This document shows positions 28,229 through 38,291 of a DNA stretch of 64,000 nucleotides, in pieces. Each line of letters begins with the position of its first letter. Position 1 is the first letter of the stretch. The translations under genes were made by a program, and so were the position numbers. The stretch covers positions 1 to 64,000 of IMG/VR virus record IMGVR_UViG_3300046806_000356; one strand, given 5' to 3'. The notes beneath the pieces were generated by a model that saw only the letters and a list, made by a program, of their open reading frames with translations, did not search any database and was not told the origin of the DNA. Source of the stretch: a virus.

Positions 28229-29170
28229 ATGGATGAAAATTTAAGAAATCGTGTCGTCAAAGTTTTTGAAAATGATCAAAATCAACTTGATGGTGCATTT
28301 GATAAACAGTCTGATATTGATGTTCCCACTAAAATAGAAAAAGTTTCAGTTGTACAAAATGATAATGGAACTTGGGATAAAGATGTAGTTGAAGAGGACA
28401 GTAATCTTTATGATGAAAGCGTAGTAGGTGTAATTGAAAAACAAATTGAAGAGGATGCAAAAACACTTCAAGAATTCTGCGCAGTCCTTGACAACCAAAT
28501 TATTGGATTTAACGCACAAATCAATGTAAAAAAACAACAAATAGTTACCTTATCAATTCAGGCAAACAGTGGAAATTGTTGGCCAGGAATTGCCTGCAGT
28601 ACAGTTTTAGTTGGAGATACCACTTGTGCAACCGGACTTGGTTCTACAACATTTGGTTATCAAACTTATACCGAGATCAAAGAGGATCGAGATGCACTTG
28701 GCATTTATGAAAATATGGCAGGACCGAATCAAAATTTTTCTGCCAGTAATCCATTTGACCCTGATAACACCATAACATTAATTACATCTTATGCTGGATA
28801 TGGTTATGAGAATGAAAAACAAAACGATGGAGGGACTCTTTTATATGGTATAGGTAGAACTGATATATCTGCAACTTCTAGTGACCATAATGCTCGAATT
28901 ATTGCTTCACAAAGATATTATACTGGATCTACAATACCTGCTGCCACTTGTGTATCGATTGCAAATTCAATCACAACACTTTTAGGGGAAATTGAAGTTT
29001 TAAGAACACAAAGAGATGCTGCAGTTAATCGAACAAATTTAAATTATATAAAAACAACAAAAAGTGAAAAAGAACTTCAGAACTGGGGAAATAAAAATTT
29101 ACATGAACAAATTTCTGCAAGAAAAACTAAAAACTCTGTTGTAATTGCAGCAGTTCAAAGTTTTTCTTAA
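28229..29170 (+). CDS. Hypothetical structural protein
   Basis: 313-aa ORF after TAAATA late promoter. Confidence 0.65.
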   Translation: MDENLRNRVVKVFENDQNQLDGAFDKQSDIDVPTKIEKVSVVQNDNGTWDKDVVEEDSNLYDESVVGVIEKQIEEDAKTLQEFCAVLDNQIIGFNAQINVKKQQIVTLSIQANSGNCWPGIACSTVLVGDTTCATGLGSTTFGYQTYTEIKEDRDALGIYENMAGPNQNFSASNPFDPDNTITLITSYAGYGYENEKQNDGGTLLYGIGRTDISATSSDHNARIIASQRYYTGSTIPAATCVSIANSITTLLGEIEVLRTQRDAAVNRTNLNYIKTTKSEKELQNWGNKNLHEQISARKTKNSVVIAAVQSFS

Positions 29171-29177
29171 AACCCCC

Positions 29178-29206
29178 TTGACACCAGGACCCAGATGTCC
29201 TATAAT
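29178..29206 (+). promoter_or_regulatory. sigma70-type promoter
   Basis: TTGACA-17-TATAAT. Confidence 0.85.
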
Positions 29207-29231
29207 ATGAGGGTAATCAACACAAGACCAA

Positions 29232-29417
29232 ATGCCCACCGAAGAGTTCCTGTCCCGTTGCGTCGTAGATACTCTGGCACGTAAGTTCTACCTATATTCC
29301 AGTGAAGGTGCAGAGAAACTTGTAGAATGTGAATCTATCGACCAGTTTATGAATGTACTGGAAGTTGTTCGCAGTCAGGTAAGTGATGATTGCCTTGCAT
29401 ATACCAACCCCCTTTGA
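29232..29417 (+). CDS. Small cyanophage hypothetical protein
   Basis: CVVD...YLYSSEG...C...QFMNVL. Confidence 0.65.
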   Translation: MPTEEFLSRCVVDTLARKFYLYSSEGAEKLVECESIDQFMNVLEVVRSQVSDDCLAYTNPL

Positions 29418-29420
29418 GAA

Positions 29421-29594
29421 ATGGAAGTTTTTAGTGTGGAAGAGTTTCAAGAAAGATTCGACGAACTTATGGAAAGAGTCGAAAATGGAGAACATTTTGG
29501 TATAGTCAACGAAGACGGGCAGGCATCAGTGGTGATGCCCGCAGATGGCGAACTCATGCGAATATACACCGACGAAAACAACGAAGCTCAGTAA
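29421..29594 (+). CDS. Phd/YefM-like small protein
   Basis: MEVFSVEEFQERFDELMERVENGEHFGIVNEDGQASVVMP resembles the Phd/YefM N-terminal fold. Confidence 0.55.
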   Translation: MEVFSVEEFQERFDELMERVENGEHFGIVNEDGQASVVMPADGELMRIYTDENNEAQ

Positions 29595-29609
29595 TACTCT
29601 AGTTTTTAT

Positions 29610-29697
29610 GCGAGTGAGACTTGGTAGTCAGAGGAGTCTTATAAACTCTTTCCGCCAGATTAGCGGCTTTGACCTGGTTCGAATCCAGGCACTCGTA
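29610..29697 (+). tRNA. tRNA-Ile(TAT) with long variable arm
   Basis: Acceptor GCGAGTG/CACTCGT, anticodon loop CT-TAT-AA, T-arm CCTGG-TTCGAAT-CCAGG, variable arm CCGC...GCGG. Confidence 0.8.
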
Positions 29698-29726
29698 TTG
29701 CTATTCGTTATTTGCGAATAGCATAT

Positions 29727-29800
29727 GCTCGTTTAGCAATCTGTTTGAATGCAGCGTTCTCATAAAGCGCCGAAGGTGGGTTAGATTCCCTCAACGAGCA
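29727..29800 (+). tRNA. tRNA-Met/Ile2(CAT)
   Basis: Acceptor GCTCGTT/AACGAGC, GCGTT-CT-CAT-AA-AGCGC, atypical T-loop TTAGATT. Confidence 0.75.
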
Positions 29801-29801
29801 C

Positions 29802-29830
29802 TTGATTATTATGATTCTTAGAGTTATAAT
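29802..29830 (+). promoter_or_regulatory. sigma70-type promoter for third tRNA
   Basis: TTGATT-17-TATAAT. Confidence 0.55.
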
Positions 29831-29842
29831 AGTCTTATACCT

Positions 29843-29917
29843 GGGAGGGTAGTCCAACTGGCAGGAGACACCAAACTTAAAATTTGTACAGTGCGGGTTC
29901 GAATCCCGCTCCTCCTA
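29843..29917 (+). tRNA. tRNA-Leu(TAA) with short variable loop
   Basis: Acceptor GGGAGGG/TCCTCCT, CAAA-CT-TAA-AA-TTTG, T-arm GCGGG-TTCGAAT-CCCGC. Confidence 0.8.
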
Positions 29918-29950
29918 TTAAAAATAAATATAAGATATTGAAACACTCAA

Positions 29951-30253
29951 ATGTCTTATCAAATCAGTCAAGGATACTGCTGGTATAATGAAGGCACGAT
30001 GATTGTTAAGATGTACTTTATCAATCAAGTTCCATTTACTTTTGATGAACTACCAGACGGGCACTTATATGATAAAGACCTATGTAGATTAGCAGATAAG
30101 CAAAGAACATTTGAACCAGAAGATTTATTTAAGAACTCTTTCTACTTGATAGACGAAGAGGCACATCCACTATTATTTGAGATGGATTTAGAGAATCCAC
30201 AAGACCTACCAGAAGATATTATGGAATTTAATGGGGAAGATTTGATGGGATAA
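29951..30253 (+). CDS. Cyanophage hypothetical protein
   Basis: VKMYFINQVPFTFDE...YLIDEEAHP; ATAAATA upstream. Confidence 0.7.
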   Translation: MSYQISQGYCWYNEGTMIVKMYFINQVPFTFDELPDGHLYDKDLCRLADKQRTFEPEDLFKNSFYLIDEEAHPLLFEMDLENPQDLPEDIMEFNGEDLMG

Positions 30254-30285
30254 ATAAAACATAATAAGGTCTATTAGCAAGAAAG

Positions 30286-33200
30286 ATGCCATTAAATAAA
30301 CTTGATAATTTTATTAAGAATACTGAAGGTCGTATTCTTTATGTTTCTCCAAGTGACCTTGATTCCACAGATAGCATCGATAATCAAGGAAATTCACTTG
30401 CCAGACCGTTTAAAACGATTCAGAGAGCACTGATCGAATCTGCAAGATTTTCTTACGTTAAAGGAACAAATAACGATATTACAGAAAAAACAACCATTCT
30501 GTTGATGCCTGGTGAGCATACAGTTGACAACAGACCTGGTTATAGAATCTATAATTCCAGTGGATCGGCAAAAGTAATCCCACCAGAGGGATCTCAGAGT
30601 GTTGAAAACCCTACTGCATCAAGCACACTAAGTCTTTCTCTTACATCAAACTTTGACTTAACACAATCTAATAATGATCTTATCAAATTTAATAGCATTT
30701 ATGGTGGTGTGATTGTTCCAAGAGGAACTTCAATCGTTGGTTTGGATCTTCGTAAAACAAAGATTCGTCCAAAATACGTTCCTAACCCAACAGATCCTAC
30801 AACAAATAGCAGTGCAATTTTTAGAATTACTGGTGCATGTTATTTTTGGCAGTTTTGTATTTTTGATGCCTTAGAGTCTGGCAATGTTTATACAAATCCA
30901 TCCAATTTCACTGATACTGCAAAACCAACTTTTTCACACCACAAGTTAACTTGCTTTGAGTATGCTGATGGTGTAAATGAGTATTCAACTACGGGTCTTA
31001 CTGACCTTGACATGTATTATGCAAAATTGGGTTATGCCTTCAGTGAGGGAACAAATAGACCGATTGAATCTGAAGATAAGTACCCAACAGATCCAGATGC
31101 ATTTGCCAAGCAAAGACCAGAATGGGAAATTGTAGGTGCATTTGATACTGATGATATCTCCATTACTTCAATCAGTATTTCTAGTGGTGGTAGCAATTTA
31201 GTTACTGTAGTTACAGACGTACCTCATGATTTTATTGAAGGAACTCCAATCAAAATTAGAAATGTAGTACCGGTTGATTATAATATTTCTACAAAAGTTC
31301 AGACAACTTCAAATAGCACCACCTTTACATATTTGATTCCAGGTGCCAGACGAGATCTGGAAATTATAGGAAGCACTGCTGGTGCCAAGGTAACTATTGA
31401 AACTGATACAGTATCTGGTGCATCTCCTTACATCTTCAACATTTCGATGCGTTCGATTTGGGGTATGAATGGAATGCACGCCGATGGTAGCAAGGCATCA
31501 GGATTCCGTTCAATGGTTGTTGCACAGTTCACTGGAGTTTCACTTCAGAAAGACGACCGTGCTTTTGTAAAATATTTTCCAGATTCAAGAACTTATATTG
31601 GAAATGATGCGACTAAGGTAACTGGTGCTACTCTCTCCACTCAATCCTCATCGACAAGTACAAATACTGCATATCACTTAGATTCTGAGGCAATTTATAG
31701 AAGTGGGTGGAATACCAGCCATATTAAAGTTAGCAATGATGGATTTATTCAGGTTGTATCTGTCTTTGCGATTGGATTTTCTAAACACTTTGATTCTGAA
31801 ACTGGTGGAGACTTGAGTATTACAAACTCTAACTCAAACTTTGGACAAATCTCTCTCAACTCGGAAGGATTTAGAAAAGAAGCATTTGCCAAGGATAATA
31901 ATACGTTTATTACAAATATTATAACTCCCAGATCAATCGTAGAAACTCAGAAAGAAATCGATTGGATTTCAATTGATGTTGGAGTCACGACGAATACATC
32001 CAAAAATCCCAGTGCAGATAAAATTTATCTTTATGGATTTACATCAAAAGATGATGTACCACCAATTCTAACTCAAGGATATCGTGTTGGCGCTAAACTA
32101 AATGATAAATTATTTGTTGAATTAAACAATACAGAATACTCTGCAAGTATTTTGATGTCTGATGGTGTGACAAGCAGTGTCAAGGAATACACTGCAACAA
32201 TCGCATCAAATAAATTTACTATTGGCACTAATGCCATTGAGAATGGTGAAAAAGTTATCATTATTAGTGATACTGGAGATCTACCAGAAAATATTACTGA
32301 ACATACAGTTTATTATGCAATTACTCCAAGTGCTAATAGTATAAGAACGGATGGTGTTTCACTATCTTCAATAACAGGTGAAATTCAATTAGCATCTTCT
32401 CCATCTGATGCTGATATCGGATCCCCAATTACTGCATATCTTGGTAAGAATCTTAGAATTCTAAGTCGAGTATCTGATAAGATTGCTGGAGATATTGGAC
32501 ATCCAGTAGGATTTAATACTTCAATAAATCAATGGTTTATTCGTTCAACTGCAAATAATCAAATTTATCAACAACTCAATTCTCTTGGTGGAGTCAGCAT
32601 TCTTGGAGATAGAACAGAACCATCTTACATTAAAAGAATTCCAGACTCAAGAAGTTTGGATGAAAAAATCTATAAACTGAGAGTTGTTATTCCAAAAGAA
32701 CTTACAAATGCAAAGGCACCAGAACCTGGATTCATTCTTCAAGAGTCAAGTACAACTGGTGTCAGAACAGATGGAGATTTTACTCTTGCATCAACAAGAA
32801 ATCTCAACCTTTCTGACTACAAATACAATCGAAATCCAAGATTTATTGCAAGTTGTACTCGATCTGCAGAAGTCAGTGGAGTTTATACCGTAACAATCGT
32901 AACGGAAATCCCACATAATCTCCAAGTTGGAAATGATGTTACCATTTATAATGTAAAAGATTCTGCCATTAACCCAAATGGAAAGAATAATTCGGGATAT
33001 AACGGAACATATGCCATAAAATCCATTGTAAATGATTTGTCATTTACATATGAAATTGCATATGAAGTTACAACACCCGCAACAATTCCAACATCTAAGA
33101 CTTCAAGTTGGCCAAGATTTGAAAGAACTGATCTAAAGTCAAATATCTATATTTACCGTAGTGTACCTATCTCAGAATATATTGAGGGGCAGCAAGATGG

Positions 33201-35784
33201 TATCTATCACGTATTTGCTCTGAATGCAAGCAATACAATTGAAAACGAATTTACTAATATATCTTACAATCAAAGTGTTGTGGATTTTTATCCACAACTT
33301 GACAGAGATAATATTGATGACAACCCAAGAGCATCAAAGTCATATTCTGTACGATCACCACTTGGTAAAGTCGTAACAAATGACCTCAAAAAAAGTATTA
33401 CAAGAGAGAATACTGATAAGTTATTAACTACATTTGGAGTTGGTATTGGAGTTTCCACAGTAAGTGCTTCATCTGGAGTCTCAACAATTACCTTTGAAAG
33501 AGCACATAATCTTGCTGGTATTGTAACGGCAACCATTAGTAATGTTGGTGCTGGATATAGCACCGGAACATTCTATAACGTAAAGATTCTGCCAGATGGA
33601 ACAAGCACCACCAACTGGCAGGGTGCAACGGCAACTGTTGTTGTAAGTGGTGGTCAAGTAAATTCAGTATCCATTACCAATGGAGGATCTGGATATACCG
33701 CAGGAACTTATGAACTTGATGAAACTGCTATTGGTAATAATGGGGTAAACACAGATGTTGCACTTACAGTTTCTACAACTGGTATCTCATCTGCTGTTGG
33801 GCAAGTTGTTCAATTTACTGGTGCTGGCACAACCTCTGATGGATATCATAGAATCACAAGTGTCTTGGGAGCAAGTCAAGTTGCTGTTGCCAGAACAACG
33901 GGAGATCCAGGAATTACAACCTCACAATACGCATTTGTTGTTGGACCTTCCATAAGTATTGCATCAACTGCATATGGATCTGCCACTGGAATTACAACGT
34001 TTACTTTTACCAGTGCTCACGGATTAGTTGCTGGAAATAAATTTAGAGTTCTTGATGCAAATCACAACAATAAGGGTGATTTTATTGTAAAATCAAGAGT
34101 CGGTGTTAATACATTTACCACACTCACAAATGAGAACCTTGGCACTGTAACTTATGTTCTGAAGCATGGTCTTTCTTCAAATGATGGAATATCCGACCAA
34201 TCACAAGAAAATCTGGGAATACGAGGTCTTCCTCTCTTTGATGAAGAAATTGCTTATGTAACCAGTTTCACAAGTGACACACAAATCAGAATTAGCATCC
34301 CAAATGCTGGAATTGGAACTGTTCAGAGATTCCCCTACGGTTCTTACATCCAAATTGATGAAGAGATTATGAGAGTTGCGAGTAGCACTCTTGGTGGAAC
34401 TGCACCCAATTATGATGAAATCACGGTTATTCGTGGTTCTCTTGCAACAAGAAAAGTACCTCATGATAATGGATCACTCATCAGAAAAATTAAACCAATT
34501 CCTGTTGAGTTCCATAGACCATCAATTATTCGTGCCTCTGGACATACATTTGAATATCTTGGATATGGTCCTGGTAACTATTCAACTGGACTCCCCCAAA
34601 TTCAAATTAAATCTCTTTCAGAAAGAGAAGAATTTCTTGTCCAATCTCAAGAAAAGAGTGGAGGAATTGTTGTTTACACTGGTATGAACAACAGAGGTGA
34701 TTTCTTCATTGGAAATCAGAAGAAAACCGCTACGACTGGTCAAGAAGTTACATTTGATACACCAGTTCCAACCGTAACTGGTGAAGATCCGTCAAGATTG
34801 AGTGTTGTATTTGATGAGGTTACTGTCAAAGAAAGACTGGTTGTTGAAGGTGGAAACTCAAATACAGTTCTTTCTCAGTTTGATGGACCTGTCACATTCA
34901 ATAAAGAAATTAACTTCAATGATAATATCAATCTAAGGGCACTGACAAAGATTATTGATGACACTCAATCTACTAATACTAAAACTGGATCTTTGATCAC
35001 TAAAGGTGGTGTTGGTATTGAGAAGAATCTAAACGTCGGTGGAACATTAAGCATTACTGGTGTTTCTACATTCTCCAGTCTACTTGATGCCAATGCTGGT
35101 GCCACAATTGATAATATTCAAATTGGAATTACTGGAGACAATGAAATTGATACCTCTACAGGTAACTTAACAATTGATTCTGCTGGTGGCACTACAACGA
35201 TTGATGATCAATTATCGGTCACAGGTATATCAACATTCTCCAGTCTACTTGATGCTAATGGTGGAGCAACTATTGATAACATAAGAATTGGTATTGCTTC
35301 TGATAATACAATTGATACTTCTTCAGGAAACTTAACAATTGATTCTGCTGGTGGCACTACAACGATTGATGATAATTTAACCGTTAGTGGAAATTTAAGT
35401 GTCAATGGAAATACAACTTTGGGTAATGCAACTACTGATGTTACAACAGTTAATGGTGAACTTAGAGTTACTCAGGATATCATTGCATTCTACACTTCTG
35501 ATCAAAGATTAAAAGATAATATTACACCAATTGAAGATCCACTTGCAAAAGTTCTTTCAATCAGTGGTAATACTTATATTTGGAATGAGAAGTCTGGCAA
35601 GGAAGGGAATGATGTTGGTGTCATTGCTCAGGAAATTCTTGAAGTTCTTCCAGAGGCAGTCAAAGAACGAGATAATGGATACTTGGCAGTTGATTATCAC
35701 AGAATTGTTCCTCTTCTTGTTGAGGCAATCAAAGAACTTTCTCATAAAGTAGAAGTTCTTGAACAAAAACTACGAGATAAATAA
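30286..35784 (+). CDS. Large tail fibre / virion structural protein with S74 chaperone domain
   Basis: MPLNKLDNFIKN...PFKTIQRAL N-terminus of cyanophage structural proteins; 55-aa internal duplication (~35070-35370); C-terminal SDQRLKDNI...GVIAQE. Confidence 0.85.
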   Translation: MPLNKLDNFIKNTEGRILYVSPSDLDSTDSIDNQGNSLARPFKTIQRALIESARFSYVKGTNNDITEKTTILLMPGEHTVDNRPGYRIYNSSGSAKVIPPEGSQSVENPTASSTLSLSLTSNFDLTQSNNDLIKFNSIYGGVIVPRGTSIVGLDLRKTKIRPKYVPNPTDPTTNSSAIFRITGACYFWQFCIFDALESGNVYTNPSNFTDTAKPTFSHHKLTCFEYADGVNEYSTTGLTDLDMYYAKLGYAFSEGTNRPIESEDKYPTDPDAFAKQRPEWEIVGAFDTDDISITSISISSGGSNLVTVVTDVPHDFIEGTPIKIRNVVPVDYNISTKVQTTSNSTTFTYLIPGARRDLEIIGSTAGAKVTIETDTVSGASPYIFNISMRSIWGMNGMHADGSKASGFRSMVVAQFTGVSLQKDDRAFVKYFPDSRTYIGNDATKVTGATLSTQSSSTSTNTAYHLDSEAIYRSGWNTSHIKVSNDGFIQVVSVFAIGFSKHFDSETGGDLSITNSNSNFGQISLNSEGFRKEAFAKDNNTFITNIITPRSIVETQKEIDWISIDVGVTTNTSKNPSADKIYLYGFTSKDDVPPILTQGYRVGAKLNDKLFVELNNTEYSASILMSDGVTSSVKEYTATIASNKFTIGTNAIENGEKVIIISDTGDLPENITEHTVYYAITPSANSIRTDGVSLSSITGEIQLASSPSDADIGSPITAYLGKNLRILSRVSDKIAGDIGHPVGFNTSINQWFIRSTANNQIYQQLNSLGGVSILGDRTEPSYIKRIPDSRSLDEKIYKLRVVIPKELTNAKAPEPGFILQESSTTGVRTDGDFTLASTRNLNLSDYKYNRNPRFIASCTRSAEVSGVYTVTIVTEIPHNLQVGNDVTIYNVKDSAINPNGKNNSGYNGTYAIKSIVNDLSFTYEIAYEVTTPATIPTSKTSSWPRFERTDLKSNIYIYRSVPISEYIEGQQDGIYHVFALNASNTIENEFTNISYNQSVVDFYPQLDRDNIDDNPRASKSYSVRSPLGKVVTNDLKKSITRENTDKLLTTFGVGIGVSTVSASSGVSTITFERAHNLAGIVTATISNVGAGYSTGTFYNVKILPDGTSTTNWQGATATVVVSGGQVNSVSITNGGSGYTAGTYELDETAIGNNGVNTDVALTVSTTGISSAVGQVVQFTGAGTTSDGYHRITSVLGASQVAVARTTGDPGITTSQYAFVVGPSISIASTAYGSATGITTFTFTSAHGLVAGNKFRVLDANHNNKGDFIVKSRVGVNTFTTLTNENLGTVTYVLKHGLSSNDGISDQSQENLGIRGLPLFDEEIAYVTSFTSDTQIRISIPNAGIGTVQRFPYGSYIQIDEEIMRVASSTLGGTAPNYDEITVIRGSLATRKVPHDNGSLIRKIKPIPVEFHRPSIIRASGHTFEYLGYGPGNYSTGLPQIQIKSLSEREEFLVQSQEKSGGIVVYTGMNNRGDFFIGNQKKTATTGQEVTFDTPVPTVTGEDPSRLSVVFDEVTVKERLVVEGGNSNTVLSQFDGPVTFNKEINFNDNINLRALTKIIDDTQSTNTKTGSLITKGGVGIEKNLNVGGTLSITGVSTFSSLLDANAGATIDNIQIGITGDNEIDTSTGNLTIDSAGGTTTIDDQLSVTGISTFSSLLDANGGATIDNIRIGIASDNTIDTSSGNLTIDSAGGTTTIDDNLTVSGNLSVNGNTTLGNATTDVTTVNGELRVTQDIIAFYTSDQRLKDNITPIEDPLAKVLSISGNTYIWNEKSGKEGNDVGVIAQEILEVLPEAVKERDNGYLAVDYHRIVPLLVEAIKELSHKVEVLEQKLRDK

Positions 35785-35800
35785 TTAAAAAGCATATAAA

Positions 35801-38179
35801 ATGGCAAATTATAGGAAGTCATTTAACTTTAGAAGTGGTGTTCAAGTTGATAATGACCGATTAATCGTAGATGGAAGAGGAAATGTTGGTATTGGAACAT
35901 CAATTCCAGGAAGAGAATTGGATGTTTATGGCACTGCAAGAGTAAATGGTCTATTGGAATCCAGAAGTGTTAACATTTCTGGATTTTCAACGTTTCAAAA
36001 TGATGTAAAAATTGGATCTGGAATTACACTTGGTGCGGCATCAGGAATTATTACTGCAATTTCCTTCAGAGGTGACGGATCTTTATTATCGGGAGTAGTC
36101 GCAATTGCTACTGTTGGTTGGATTTCTTCTGGTGAATCTCTTACAACATCACGATCTATTGGAATAGGAACCACAAATCCATCATATCAATTCCAAGTTG
36201 GAAATACGGTTGGTATTGATTCAACTGGAAATGTATATGTGAGTGGAGTTACTAGCTCAGTAAATCTACGGGTTACTGGTGTTTCTACATTTACAACCTT
36301 AGGTGTTACTGGTCTTGCTACTGCAAATAATTTTCAAGTTACTGGTGTCTCTACATTTACAACCTTAGGTGTTACTGGTCTTGCTACTGCAAATAATCTA
36401 CGGGTTACTGGTGTTTCTACATTTACAACCTTAGGTGTTACTGGTCTTGCTACTGCAAATAATTTTCAAGTTACTGGTGTCTCTACATTTACAACCTTAG
36501 GTGTTACTGGTCTTGCTACTGCAAATAATCTACAGGTTACTGGCGTTTCTACCTTAGGATTTTTAACTGCAAGTAATATTTACTCATCTGGAATTATTAC
36601 TGCTACCACATTCAGTGGTTCTTTATCAGGAACTGCATCTGCTGCACAATCTTTAACGGGAACTCCAAATATTAATGTTGGTGTAACAACTGCAACAACT
36701 CTTAATGCAACTTCCTTATTTGTTTCTGGTACAACACTTTCAGCACTCAGTAATGGTTATGTTGGAGTAGGAACCACAAATCCGACAGCAGATTTGCAAA
36801 TTAAAAAGAGTGGTGCTACATCACTTGAAGTTATTAGTACAAATAACTCATCATCCATTTCAATTGGTCAATCTGTTGGACTTGGAAACAGTAGTGCCTT
36901 ATTGCAATATGAGTCTGGACTTTTAAGAATTAATAATTACAATACGGGTGGATTTGAATTTAACCTTCATGAAGGAACTGGAACAGGATCCACAGATGGA
37001 TTTAGAGTTAGATATGACTCCACAAATATTTTAGATTTAACCTATGATGGTAAATTGGGAGTCAATAAGACTTCTCCCGATTATAATCTACAAGTTGAAG
37101 GAACTGCTTATATTTCGGGAAATAGTCAAGTTGTAGGCATTCTTACCATTGGAACTGGAGGATCTAAAATTGTTTTAGATCCAATCGGAGGAAATAGTGT
37201 TATACCATTCCCATCAACTCAGAACTTTAATACTCTTTCTGGTATTAGTACATTTAATAAAATTAATGCAGCAAGTTCAATTAGAGTTGGTGCTGCCGAG
37301 ACTTCAGCAGTATCTGGAGATATAACTCTTGCATCAAAAGTAGGCATCGGTACAACAGTATTTACTTCTTTAGATCCAACCAATTCATATAGATTGATAG
37401 TTGATGGAGCAGCAAGGATTAGGAATAATATAGTACTTTCTGGGCAATTTGCACTTTCAAGTAGTGGAGAATTTTTATCTGATCCACGAATTATTCCAAA
37501 CGTAGCACCATTTTCAGCAACTGTTCCATATTTTTCTTATGGAGACTTTCAACTCACTACAAATGGTGGATCAACATTTGTGGGTGAAAACTTCACAATT
37601 GTGCCAAAAACTGCCATCACAACCGTAGGATTTGGAACTACAAATGGTGGTCTTGTTCCATCAAACTTTGATGGAAACAAATACTTAACAAGAGTCGGTA
37701 TCAATACGTTTATTGCAAGATCTGTTCTTGACGTTGGTTCTGCATCAACAACATCAAACAGTTATTTCATTCCCCCATCATTAAATCAAACTGATTTAGA
37801 CATTGTAGCAAACTTGTGGAATACTCCAGCAAATACTGGTTATGATATGGCATATAGAACAACTCCAAATGGAGTTATTTCTGGTGCTATTGTTTATAAC
37901 ATCACGGCAAGACAACTTCAAATTGGACTTGGACCTACAACATTCGTTGGACTTGCAACAGTTGGATCTGTAAATTATGTACCAACAGCAGGTGTAGCTA
38001 CAAGTGTCAATGGTGGCATTGGAACTTTAACACAACTAAGTGTTAGTGGTGTAACCACATCACAAAATGGATTTACAAGTGGTGTTGGAATTACTAATCC
38101 TGTCAAGATTACAGTATCTGGAAATATTCTAACATTTACCGTTACTGGTATTGGGTCCACAAGCTTGACACTATTCTAA
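35801..38179 (+). CDS. Tail fibre-like structural protein
   Basis: VGIGT.P motifs, VTGVSTF repeats; late promoter upstream. Confidence 0.8.
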   Translation: MANYRKSFNFRSGVQVDNDRLIVDGRGNVGIGTSIPGRELDVYGTARVNGLLESRSVNISGFSTFQNDVKIGSGITLGAASGIITAISFRGDGSLLSGVVAIATVGWISSGESLTTSRSIGIGTTNPSYQFQVGNTVGIDSTGNVYVSGVTSSVNLRVTGVSTFTTLGVTGLATANNFQVTGVSTFTTLGVTGLATANNLRVTGVSTFTTLGVTGLATANNFQVTGVSTFTTLGVTGLATANNLQVTGVSTLGFLTASNIYSSGIITATTFSGSLSGTASAAQSLTGTPNINVGVTTATTLNATSLFVSGTTLSALSNGYVGVGTTNPTADLQIKKSGATSLEVISTNNSSSISIGQSVGLGNSSALLQYESGLLRINNYNTGGFEFNLHEGTGTGSTDGFRVRYDSTNILDLTYDGKLGVNKTSPDYNLQVEGTAYISGNSQVVGILTIGTGGSKIVLDPIGGNSVIPFPSTQNFNTLSGISTFNKINAASSIRVGAAETSAVSGDITLASKVGIGTTVFTSLDPTNSYRLIVDGAARIRNNIVLSGQFALSSSGEFLSDPRIIPNVAPFSATVPYFSYGDFQLTTNGGSTFVGENFTIVPKTAITTVGFGTTNGGLVPSNFDGNKYLTRVGINTFIARSVLDVGSASTTSNSYFIPPSLNQTDLDIVANLWNTPANTGYDMAYRTTPNGVISGAIVYNITARQLQIGLGPTTFVGLATVGSVNYVPTAGVATSVNGGIGTLTQLSVSGVTTSQNGFTSGVGITNPVKITVSGNILTFTVTGIGSTSLTLF
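36263..36550 (+). repeat. 66-bp coding tandem repeat (4+ units, 132-bp higher-order dimer)
   Basis: VTGVSTFTTLGVTGLATANN(LR/FQ) alternating. Confidence 0.9.
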
Positions 38180-38223
38180 AAATCATGTAGACTGCTTTTG
38201 TCCAGGTTGAAGATAAAGTACTA

Positions 38224-38278
38224 AGACACTTTAAGAACCGTCCACTGGGTAGCACCAGGGACGGTTTTCTGCTATAAT
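38224..38278 (+). promoter_or_regulatory. Variant palindrome/stem-loop promoter element (also terminator-like)
   Basis: AGACACT-TTAAGA-ACCGTCCAC, hairpin AACCGTCC/GGACGGTT, TGC-TATAAT. Confidence 0.55.
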
Positions 38279-38291
38279 AGTTCCATACGCA

